Below are positions 1 through 8,425 of a stretch of DNA of 27,620 bases, in pieces. Position 1 is the first letter of the stretch; every line of letters starts with the position of its first letter. The notes beneath the pieces are model-generated. The model was not told where the DNA came from and searched no databases. It was given only the letters and a program-made list of their open reading frames with translations. This DNA is from a virus (lineage: Duplodnaviria > Heunggongvirae > Uroviricota > Caudoviricetes). The stretch lies in the IMG/VR virus record IMGVR_UViG_2506381017_000002. One strand, given 5' to 3'. The translations under genes and the position numbers were made by a program.

Positions 1-1
1 G

Positions 2-1717
2 TATAACGATATGCTTTCGATGGCAATTAACTATGCTAGAGGTGCGCGTAATGAAGTTGGAGCTATTGATGTTAAATACAATGTATCTGTTGAATCTGAC
101 AAGATTGAAGTTCCTAACCTTACTCATAACCAAGAGTATGTACAGTCCTCAATTGCTTATCAGAAAGAAATGAATGAATTAAAGGCTGAGTACAACCGTT
201 TAATGGGCGAAGCTAATACTGCTGAACAAAAAGAAGCAATTAATTCTGAAATGATCTATAAGCAATTAGAACTCCAGGAAAAAGTTTACAAGTCCATGAT
301 TGAGGCCGATCAAAAGGCGATCAATGATTTACGTGAACAAGCTAAGAATCCAGATATGACTACTGAACAGCTTAAAACGATAACCGACCAAATTACAGAG
401 TATGAAAAAAATGTTATTGATGCCCAAAATAGCATTAAGGACGTTGTTAAGAATCGTTTTGAGTATGAAAAGTCTCTTATTGATAAGCAAATTGATGAGT
501 ATAAACGTGCCAGCGACACAATAAGTACTTTAGTAAGTATTGCTGATACCCTTCATTTAGAAGGTTCTACTCAAGCCGCTATTATAAATCAGCAATATGC
601 CTCCACTTACCGTGAGTACAATAATTACCTTGATTTACTCCAAAGACTTCGAAATGAATTATCTGGATACGAAAAGAATTCCTACGAATACAATCAATTG
701 AAGGCAATGATTGATGAATATCAAACTTCGCTTGATAGCACAATGTCTTCGCTTATGGATATAAGCAAAAATGAGTTTGGCCAGACTCTTGATTCCATTC
801 AAAAGGAATTTGAAAAGAGTGTTAACAAGGGAATGACCGCTGATCAGGCTAAGTTCGACCAAGATGTATGGTATAACCCCATGCAAAAAGAACTTCGCCT
901 TGAGGAAATGCGGTTAAAGATTGTTGAGTTGGAAGATAAGACGGTTGAAAAACGTATAGCTGCTCTCGACGCCCAAGAGAGAATGTCTAAGGCGGAAGCT
1001 GATTACGTTGACAAGCAACTTGATTTGGCACTTGCTCAACAAAAACTTGATAACACTATAAATAAAAAAGACGTCCGTTACCTTGAAAAAGATAAGGACG
1101 GCAAGTTTAACTGGACATACATTGCTGACCAAGCAAATGTAGAAGAGGCACAAAGAGCTGTCAACTCTGCAAAACAAGCTCTTGAAGAGTCAAAGATTTC
1201 CAATCGAAATGATTACATTCAAAAAGTCAGTGAAACTATTAATAGTATTAAAGACGGTTCGATTAATCAGGAAGAAGCTCGGAAACGTCTCGAACAGTTA
1301 AATGATTCATATAAGTTTATTCTTAAGGACATTCCTACTTTTGATATTGCAAAAGTTGAGGATGTCATCAAAGCCTACAATGACTATGAAAAGAAGAATA
1401 GCGACATATTAAATGATTACAAACGAAGCGTTAAGCCAGAGGTAACACAAGGCTATGAAACAATCGTTAAAGGATTTGGAGATCAGTTTAAAGCTGTATC
1501 AAAAGATCTAGGTGAGATTTTCGGAAAGCAGCTAAGAGAAGCTCTTAATCTACCAAGTGGCATTCGTAATGCATATGGTAATGGAAATGATAGATCATTA
1601 GTAATTAATGGTGGACTTACCATTAAGCTCCCTAATGTTAAAGACGCTGACGGTTTTACAGAAGCGATGAAGAATCTTCCCCAATTAGCTCAACAATACG
1701 CGACTAAGAAATTGTAA
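2..1717 (+). CDS. Tail tape measure protein, C-terminal part (5'-truncated by the window edge)
   Basis: Frame is open from base 2; long helical/coiled-coil sequence; C-terminal 'SLVINGGLTIKLPNVKDADGF..AM..L.Q.A.QY' ending typical of TMPs of large Firmicutes siphophages; lies directly upstream of tail genes. Confidence 0.8.
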   Translation, partial: YNDMLSMAINYARGARNEVGAIDVKYNVSVESDKIEVPNLTHNQEYVQSSIAYQKEMNELKAEYNRLMGEANTAEQKEAINSEMIYKQLELQEKVYKSMIEADQKAINDLREQAKNPDMTTEQLKTITDQITEYEKNVIDAQNSIKDVVKNRFEYEKSLIDKQIDEYKRASDTISTLVSIADTLHLEGSTQAAIINQQYASTYREYNNYLDLLQRLRNELSGYEKNSYEYNQLKAMIDEYQTSLDSTMSSLMDISKNEFGQTLDSIQKEFEKSVNKGMTADQAKFDQDVWYNPMQKELRLEEMRLKIVELEDKTVEKRIAALDAQERMSKAEADYVDKQLDLALAQQKLDNTINKKDVRYLEKDKDGKFNWTYIADQANVEEAQRAVNSAKQALEESKISNRNDYIQKVSETINSIKDGSINQEEARKRLEQLNDSYKFILKDIPTFDIAKVEDVIKAYNDYEKKNSDILNDYKRSVKPEVTQGYETIVKGFGDQFKAVSKDLGEIFGKQLREALNLPSGIRNAYGNGNDRSLVINGGLTIKLPNVKDADGFTEAMKNLPQLAQQYATKKL

Positions 1718-1722
1718 TCATA

Positions 1723-1753
1723 TTGACCGAGGTTAAAACCTTGGTTGTACATA
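1723..1753 (+). promoter_or_regulatory. Hairpin + GTACATA element, copy 1
   Basis: GACCGAGGTT-AA-AACCTTGGTT stem (with G-U pairs) followed by GTACATA; intergenic; near-copy at 2368-2399. Confidence 0.6.
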
Positions 1754-1822
1754 ACTTCTTATTCATTTTCTATAAAAGGTATGTCATCATATTAAAGACA
1801 CTTATCTAATGGAGGAATTGAA

Positions 1823-2344
1823 ATGAATAAAGTAAAAGTGTTTATTGTAAATCATAAACTTATTACTGTCGTATGTTTTTTTATTTTGATATATGCGATA
1901 GCAGGTGGACTATATTTAGCTGATCAACATAGAAAACAACAGGAATTTTATGATGAACACCCCTTAGTTAATAAGGTTTATAAGTCTCATGTCTTAGAGA
2001 AGCCAGCTGAGGGTGATTGGACTACTACAGACTCGTACTATATTTTTGGAAATAATGAATATAGAGATAAAGTTATTGAAATTTTCCAAGATGAGGGAGG
2101 ATTGAAGAGAGTAAAAGAAATAATGAATGATGAAAATGAATATAAAAAAGAATTTGAGTCTAATACCTCCGAAAAATATATAGTTGAAGATGGAAATAAA
2201 TTAATCATTGGTGATAATCCCGAAAATGTCTATTCTCACCAAGTAAAAGATGGTGAGAATTGGGTTGGAATGTATAATCCCGATAATAAAAATGAAGAAG
2301 AACCTGGTGAAATCCATAAGACTACACCAGTAAATATAGACTAA
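1823..2344 (+). CDS. N-terminally membrane-anchored acidic protein (moron-like; superinfection-exclusion candidate)
   Basis: GGAGG SD before ATG; basic N-terminus followed by hydrophobic LITVVCFFILIYAIAGGLYLA; E/D-rich soluble part; interrupts the tail operon. Function is inference. Confidence 0.75.
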   Translation: MNKVKVFIVNHKLITVVCFFILIYAIAGGLYLADQHRKQQEFYDEHPLVNKVYKSHVLEKPAEGDWTTTDSYYIFGNNEYRDKVIEIFQDEGGLKRVKEIMNDENEYKKEFESNTSEKYIVEDGNKLIIGDNPENVYSHQVKDGENWVGMYNPDNKNEEEPGEIHKTTPVNID

Positions 2345-2367
2345 TTCATAACATAAACATATTTTAT

Positions 2368-2399
2368 TTGACCAAGGACACTCTTCTTGGTTGTACATA
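2368..2399 (+). promoter_or_regulatory. Hairpin + GTACATA element, copy 2
   Basis: TTGACCAAGGA-CACTC-TTCTTGGTT-GTACATA; intergenic once the next gene is started at TTG 2431. Confidence 0.6.
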
Positions 2400-2430
2400 T
2401 CAAAGAATAAAAAGAAAGGAGCTGAATTGG

Positions 2431-4062
2431 TTGACGCAACCAATACTAAATCAGGCGTCTAATTACGATGCGAAGAACTCATATACATTCACATTTACGT
2501 ATTTGGGCGCAGAGCATACGACAACGAATACATTATCAATTCGTGAAGATGGTCCAGGAACAAAACCTGTCTACGAAAAGGATCAAGTGTCGCTAGATAA
2601 AAACCACATTTTACCAGCAAAAACTCTGAACAATGGTACGGCATATCTAGCAAAAGTTCGCGTTAAACTCAAAGATGGCTATTCTGAGTGGTCACCAGAG
2701 ATTAAATTTACGTGTTATACAACACCACGAATTCTATTTGATACGATTGACCAACATCAATTTATCTATACGAATGATGTATTAATGTCGGCTATTTATA
2801 CGCAAGCACAAAATGAGCCTGTTACGTCATATCAATATACTCTTTACGATCAAAGACATGTTGCTTTAGTTAAATATCCAATTCGGAAGCCGGAAAGAAA
2901 TTCTCCAACAAGATTTTCAGAACGTGTTTCAAATATAAAAAAAGGTAAATTATATTACATTGGATTGAAGGTAGTAACAGAGCACGGAATTATTTATGAG
3001 CAACTTCAAGAATTTACCGCTCAATATATCACGCCATCTGTATCGGGTATTATTCAGCCAACAATGAATAAAGATGACGGACAAATAGTTGTTGACCTTT
3101 TCCTAAAACAATTGTTAGGAACGTCAGCTCGTGCTTACATTCCTCATCGTAAAAATGATAATGCTGATAACTATACATATTGGAAAGATGATTATGTCTT
3201 TGTCCCAAAAGAAAACCCTTTGATTTATACCAAGTTAGCGATGGCGAAAGCGAGTGATTGGATCGGAAAGTTCTGGGTAATGAATGTTCAGAATGGATTA
3301 TTCCTAGACTTCTCGCCAGCCGAAGATAGAGGACAGCATATAAAGTTCTATAAACATGATGATTATATTACCTGTGAAAAAGAATTTGGACAGATTAAAT
3401 CCAGAACACGGTCTAATGTAATTAAGGATTTAAAACTGCGTCCTTTCTATATGTTTGTATATGTTAAGGAATATCGAGTTGAAATAAAGATAGTTCCTGA
3501 TCAGACATTCAAAGATGATGATTGGAATGAAGAGTTATCCAAAGAAGAATTGTCTCAGTACGGTGAAATAACTAAAGAAACTCAACAAATGATAGATGCA
3601 GCAGAAGCGAAAATTAACGCTGCAAGACAAAGGCTTCAACAAATCCACGATGAACATTGGCAACAATACATCACCAAGGTAGAGCAAGCAATATCAGACG
3701 CTAGAGCACGTATTTTAGGGCAAAATGAACTACGCGATCGAGTGATGGAAATTGACGACCAATATTGGGACTACTTTGAAAATACTGAAATGGTCAACTA
3801 CTGGAAAGAATTAGCAAAGGCGGAACGTGAGTCCGAAGCCAAGTATGAAATCTATCGTACCGAATATGAGCAAAGAATTAATGAAACTTTATCAGAAATT
3901 AAAAGTGGTGCTATGACGCTTGATGATGGACGTTTGAAGTTAACTCAATATAGCCTTGTGTATAGCTTTATTTTACGTGAAGTCATTGATTTTAACGATA
4001 CGAAGCTAACATTAGATGGACTTCAAGAGCTCTACGATGAATATTTACAAAAATATAAATAG
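2431..4062 (+). CDS. Tail-tip structural protein (N-terminal FN3/Ig-like beta domains, C-terminal TMP-like helical segment)
   Basis: Start revised from 2368 to TTG 2431 (AAAGGAG SD 9 nt upstream), giving 543 aa; 'LNNGTAYLAKVRVK...YSEWS' is an FN3-like signature; position right after the TMP. Confidence 0.7.
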   Translation: MTQPILNQASNYDAKNSYTFTFTYLGAEHTTTNTLSIREDGPGTKPVYEKDQVSLDKNHILPAKTLNNGTAYLAKVRVKLKDGYSEWSPEIKFTCYTTPRILFDTIDQHQFIYTNDVLMSAIYTQAQNEPVTSYQYTLYDQRHVALVKYPIRKPERNSPTRFSERVSNIKKGKLYYIGLKVVTEHGIIYEQLQEFTAQYITPSVSGIIQPTMNKDDGQIVVDLFLKQLLGTSARAYIPHRKNDNADNYTYWKDDYVFVPKENPLIYTKLAMAKASDWIGKFWVMNVQNGLFLDFSPAEDRGQHIKFYKHDDYITCEKEFGQIKSRTRSNVIKDLKLRPFYMFVYVKEYRVEIKIVPDQTFKDDDWNEELSKEELSQYGEITKETQQMIDAAEAKINAARQRLQQIHDEHWQQYITKVEQAISDARARILGQNELRDRVMEIDDQYWDYFENTEMVNYWKELAKAERESEAKYEIYRTEYEQRINETLSEIKSGAMTLDDGRLKLTQYSLVYSFILREVIDFNDTKLTLDGLQELYDEYLQKYK

Positions 4063-4079
4063 TAAAGAGGTGAGAGTTT

Positions 4080-5120
4080 TTGATTATAGGTGTCGATTAT
4101 TTTAATTATGGATTTGACCAACAATTTTATGATACTCCTATTCCAACTTCTGAGATTGACGAGGTTATGATGGGGGCCGGAATGTATGATGAAATGTTCA
4201 TTAGTGTGGATACAACTTTAGATGATTCACAAACCAAACCAGCTCAATGGAATCTGAAAACTATTATGGACGCTAAGTTCAATAATTCTCTTGAAGCTGG
4301 GAGTATTGACGGAGCTGGTCATATTGTCACCAAAATACAATGTTATCGTCGAGAATACATGAGCACGAATACGGATTGGCAATTAGTAGCGCAATTTGAT
4401 TATGATGACCATTATAACCTTTATACGGTAGTTGATAGATTCATTGAAAATGGCAAAACATATGAATATGCAGTTGTTCCATTAGCCAATGAAATTCAAG
4501 GTGACTTACAAGTTGGCCCACCAATTGATAGCAAGTTTTATGGCTCCTTTATTTCTAATCTAGGTTCGAATTATTCAATGAACATCGACTTCAAGTTCTC
4601 GGATTTAGTTTGGAATTCTAACACGAGTACCAGTGTGCCGCTTAATGGTCAATATCCAATAGTGACGTTTGGAAATGCAAACTATCGAACTGGTACAGTT
4701 TCGTTCTTACCACTTACTCCGCAACAAGAATTTGGTTATGAAAACGAAATTGATCCACACGCCGAATACATTAATAGAACTAATGTTATTGACTTCCTTA
4801 ATGATGGACAAACAAAGGTAATTCGTCGTGAAGATGGAGATATTATTGTTTGTGCAACACATAATATTAAAACTACTCCGAAAGATGAAAGTCTTGAAGC
4901 TATTTCTACGGTAACATTTGATTTCACTGAAATAGGTAAATTAGATTACAACACCATGGAAAAAGCGGGATTAATTGCTGATGCAGGTAAATCTGTCTAC
5001 ACATACGATGAAGATGGGAATATTAAGTGGAATCAGGAATATATTGCTGAAGATGGTTCTATTCAATCTAGAACTAGATATAGAAATTCATTCTTATATG
5101 AACGAGACAATTTAAAGTAA
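4080..5120 (+). CDS. Tail-tip / distal-tail-type structural protein
   Basis: TTG start with GAGGTG SD; FN3-like 'VVDRFIENGKTYEYAVVP'; synteny within the tail module. Confidence 0.6.
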   Translation: MIIGVDYFNYGFDQQFYDTPIPTSEIDEVMMGAGMYDEMFISVDTTLDDSQTKPAQWNLKTIMDAKFNNSLEAGSIDGAGHIVTKIQCYRREYMSTNTDWQLVAQFDYDDHYNLYTVVDRFIENGKTYEYAVVPLANEIQGDLQVGPPIDSKFYGSFISNLGSNYSMNIDFKFSDLVWNSNTSTSVPLNGQYPIVTFGNANYRTGTVSFLPLTPQQEFGYENEIDPHAEYINRTNVIDFLNDGQTKVIRREDGDIIVCATHNIKTTPKDESLEAISTVTFDFTEIGKLDYNTMEKAGLIADAGKSVYTYDEDGNIKWNQEYIAEDGSIQSRTRYRNSFLYERDNLK

Positions 5121-5132
5121 GAGGGATAAAGT

Positions 5133-7229
5133 ATGCCACTGAAATACAAAAAGCCCAATTACAATGAAACGTTATCGAATATTGTAAATGGACTTGAAGA
5201 AAAAGTAAGTGGTCGAGCAGCAAGTGTTTTACGACAACCAATTCGCAACCTTCAAACAACTATTCAAGTGTTGGATAATGATGGCTCCATAATTGATACT
5301 ATTACTGGAAAAACAACTGGTGGAACTATTAATTATGATGCAACTTCATTGATACGACGAACGGGAACTTTGAAGATGGTTGTTGATCCTTCATATATGC
5401 CAAACAACAAAAGTGTTTTTTGGTTCGATAAGAAGTTTAGAGTCTATCAAGGAGTTGTTGATTTATCTCGTTTCCCCAGAGAGGCAGTTAACTTTTTGCT
5501 AGGAACGTTTTGGGTTAACGAATCCTCTCTACGTTTTGATAAAACAACACGTGAAATATCAGTTACATTAGCTGACAAAATGACCTTATGGGACGGCCAA
5601 GGACTAGAAAATAAACTCAAAATAAAGCGTGGAACTCCTATGAGTGATGCTATTAGGGGAATCATGGAATTAGTGGGAGAAACAGATTTTGGGTATATGT
5701 ACACCAGTAATGGTGAAGAAATACTTCAGTACGATTACGAAAAGGAACCGGGAACTTCAATCAATGATATCATTGAAGACTTTCGTGATATGTACATGGA
5801 TTTTATCTGTGGATATAATTCTCTTGGTCAATTTGAGTATCGGAAGTTGCCTATTCAAAAGGAAGAAGAAATTCCTAAGCCTAAATGGGAATTTGATGCA
5901 ACTTCACAAGATAGAGCAGATCTCACCTTATCATTTCAAGAAAGCTACGACTTAAAGAATGTTAAGAACAGATTTGTTGTTATTGGGTCCACATCAACCA
6001 AAACAGGCTATACACCTAAAGGTTCAGTAAAAATTACTGATACAAATAGCGAGTTTAATATAGATGCTATCGGAACTAGAACAAAAGTTATCCAAAATAG
6101 TGATCTAACAAATGATCTACAGTGTGTATCTCAAGCACGATATGAAATGTGGAAAGCTGCACACTTCCAAGAAAAAGTAAGCATTGATGTTTCTCCAGTT
6201 TACTTCTTGCAACCCAATGATATTATTCTGGTCACCAATCCTGTAACAAAAAAAGTATATCAGTACATGATTGATACTATTCAAATTGACTTAGCTGTCG
6301 ATGGAATTATGTCAATTGACGCTCATAAAATGTACTTTGTTAAGCCGGATTATGGTGAGGCAGATATGCCAATTGTGGCGGCTATCAAAAATGGTATCAA
6401 TAAATTAGGCTGGTTGTCACTTCCAGAAGAAAGAATTAAGGATACGTATGGTATTTCCGCCGATGGAAAGAATTACTTGAGTATACGATTCGTCGTTGAT
6501 GAAGAAGGTGGATGGCAAGCAGAAACAACTGCGTATAACACTTCCAGAAATCAAACACTAGAAATCGACCTTCGAGATTTTGAAAAGCTCAATCTTAAGG
6601 ATGAAAATGGTGACGTTGGTAGATCTAAAGGTGATTATGCAGATCGTGTACTCGGACATGAAATGTTTCATGCAGTATGTAACGATTTCTATGGTGCTGT
6701 TAAAACGATGGATATGCCTGTGTGGTTCAAAGAAGGCTTTGCGGAATTGCTTCATGGTGGAAAAGATCGTTATGTAACGATAACGGGATTTGAAAACAGG
6801 GAAGCTAAGAAGCAAGCATTAATTAAGCGAGCTAGAAACCAACTAAACGGAACATGGGAGAGTACATCAGATGACTATGTAGCCGCGTATCTTATTGCTT
6901 GTGCTATGTATTATTTGGCTGGAGACTTAAAAGGTATTCATGACATGTTTCAGCGACTAGAAAAAGAAAGTAACTTAAATTTGAACTTTCTGTACAAAGC
7001 ATTACCTATTACTGAATCGGCAGGTCAAATCTTCGATAAGGTAATTGATGAAATGCAAAAGATGCCAATTTGGGATTTCTTAAATGACCCCACAGATGTA
7101 GACACATGTTCTATTGGTGGAAATCATATGCTTAATCTATATGGCAGACCGCTTAGTCCAGAAGATGTGTTTAACAATCAGACGGCAACAACTGATTCAT
7201 TAGGATTCAAAATTAAGTTTGACGAGTAG
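5133..7229 (+). CDS. Tail hub/endopeptidase-like protein fused to a C-terminal flagellinolysin-like zinc metallopeptidase (gluzincin)
   Basis: N-terminal ~400 aa resembles phage tail-hub proteins (TRT-type 'RRTGTL', 'LADKM', 'GYNSLGQFEY'); C-terminal domain has H509-EMF-H513 plus E534 in 'PVWFKEGFAELLHGG'. Confidence 0.75.
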   Translation: MPLKYKKPNYNETLSNIVNGLEEKVSGRAASVLRQPIRNLQTTIQVLDNDGSIIDTITGKTTGGTINYDATSLIRRTGTLKMVVDPSYMPNNKSVFWFDKKFRVYQGVVDLSRFPREAVNFLLGTFWVNESSLRFDKTTREISVTLADKMTLWDGQGLENKLKIKRGTPMSDAIRGIMELVGETDFGYMYTSNGEEILQYDYEKEPGTSINDIIEDFRDMYMDFICGYNSLGQFEYRKLPIQKEEEIPKPKWEFDATSQDRADLTLSFQESYDLKNVKNRFVVIGSTSTKTGYTPKGSVKITDTNSEFNIDAIGTRTKVIQNSDLTNDLQCVSQARYEMWKAAHFQEKVSIDVSPVYFLQPNDIILVTNPVTKKVYQYMIDTIQIDLAVDGIMSIDAHKMYFVKPDYGEADMPIVAAIKNGINKLGWLSLPEERIKDTYGISADGKNYLSIRFVVDEEGGWQAETTAYNTSRNQTLEIDLRDFEKLNLKDENGDVGRSKGDYADRVLGHEMFHAVCNDFYGAVKTMDMPVWFKEGFAELLHGGKDRYVTITGFENREAKKQALIKRARNQLNGTWESTSDDYVAAYLIACAMYYLAGDLKGIHDMFQRLEKESNLNLNFLYKALPITESAGQIFDKVIDEMQKMPIWDFLNDPTDVDTCSIGGNHMLNLYGRPLSPEDVFNNQTATTDSLGFKIKFDE

Positions 7230-7276
7230 ATTTTATTGAGGAGGACATTAATACATATGAGAGGAAGTTGTATTAA

Positions 7277-8011
7277 ATGTCGAGATCTACTTTTCCGCAA
7301 AAGATAGATGTATTTAGAGAATTATTTGATCTTCCGGCAAATCAAGTTGCAAATGCACTAGAATTGCAGAGATTAAAACAAAAGACAACACTAACAAATG
7401 ATGAACAAAACCAAATTTCCGCATTAAGCGCCCAACTACAAGATTATATGATTACGCCTGAAACCATGAATAAACTTCAGGACGCAATTGTAGAAATCGA
7501 AACATTCTTTGATGGGAATGTAAGAAAGTACATCCTTGAAAAGCAGAAAGAATGGGATACCTATGTCAATGATTTTGATTATATAGGCGAATGGGACGCA
7601 ACGAAGAAATTTAAGAAACATAATCTTATAACATATCAAGGTGCATTATATATTGTTACAAAAGATGTGGTAGCGGATAGGCAACATACACCAGATAATG
7701 ATTCCGATCATTATCGGCCTGCATCTAGTAAGGGTGACAAAGGTGATATAGGATTAAATGCTATTTTTAAGGGTGAATGGAATGGAGCAACTAGCTATAA
7801 GGCTGGTGATGCCGTGTCTGTTCGTGAAGGTCAAAGTTGGCGCCCATTAGATTTAGTATTTATTGCTAAAAAAGATAATCAAGGTCAAAAGCCAACAATA
7901 GGCGCTGCAAGCGATTATTGGTTCCCATATCATAATTTAATTGTTGTTCCTAAAGAATATGCTAACTATAAATTTCATCCAGATATTCATCGAATCCAGA
8001 TAGTTGATTAG
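7277..8011 (+). CDS. Baseplate/tail-fibre adaptor with two short carbohydrate-binding-like beta repeats
   Basis: 'YIGEWDATKKFKKHNLITYQGALY' and 'FKGEWNGATSYKAGDAV' repeats; 'MSRSTFP..ID.F' N-terminus recalled from large Firmicutes phage tail genes. Confidence 0.55.
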   Translation: MSRSTFPQKIDVFRELFDLPANQVANALELQRLKQKTTLTNDEQNQISALSAQLQDYMITPETMNKLQDAIVEIETFFDGNVRKYILEKQKEWDTYVNDFDYIGEWDATKKFKKHNLITYQGALYIVTKDVVADRQHTPDNDSDHYRPASSKGDKGDIGLNAIFKGEWNGATSYKAGDAVSVREGQSWRPLDLVFIAKKDNQGQKPTIGAASDYWFPYHNLIVVPKEYANYKFHPDIHRIQIVD

Positions 8012-8021
8012 AGGTGGGAGA

Positions 8022-8411
8022 ATGGAAGTTAGCGAACAACAAAAAGGATTATTAGAAGCCATGCGAACAATAGCTCAGCATGAAGCACAACGTAATTCAG
8101 GACCACAGTTTCAAACAGGTGTCGTGGTGGAAGATCCTGCTGGATATAAATGTATTGTCAGAGTGAATGATACCGAAAAAACATGTACTTTGCCAGAACA
8201 TTTGCATGATTGGGTAAGCAAAGACGATATAGTTCAAATTTGCGATATGTATGGAAATGGTGCTGAGCTAATTGTCACTGGATCTTCTGGATCAACAAGA
8301 AAGAAAACATTGGTTGTTAACGATGAAGATAAAGATAAGTTAACTGGTGGCGTTACTAAATTTGCAGATGATAGTGGAAATTTAACCGATAATACACTAA
8401 CGCTAGAGTAG
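8022..8411 (+). CDS. Small structural protein, OB-fold-like
   Basis: Start revised to ATG 8022 (GAGGTGGGAG upstream), giving 129 aa; 'TGVVVEDPAGYKCIVRVN...VSKDDIVQI' beta pattern; synteny. Confidence 0.5.
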   Translation: MEVSEQQKGLLEAMRTIAQHEAQRNSGPQFQTGVVVEDPAGYKCIVRVNDTEKTCTLPEHLHDWVSKDDIVQICDMYGNGAELIVTGSSGSTRKKTLVVNDEDKDKLTGGVTKFADDSGNLTDNTLTLE

Positions 8412-8425
8412 AGAGAAGGTATTAA

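Noticed and set aside
1723-1753. TTGACC as a sigmaA -35 box or the hairpin as a terminator
   Set aside because: There is no TAnnnT at 16-18 nt spacing in either copy and no U-tract after the stem.
1823-2344. Direct homology to lactococcal Sie2009
   Set aside because: Only size and topology are similar; I cannot show sequence similarity without a search.
5133-7229. Annotation as flagellin
   Set aside because: Only the peptidase insert is similar; the flagellin N- and C-terminal D0/D1 domains are absent.
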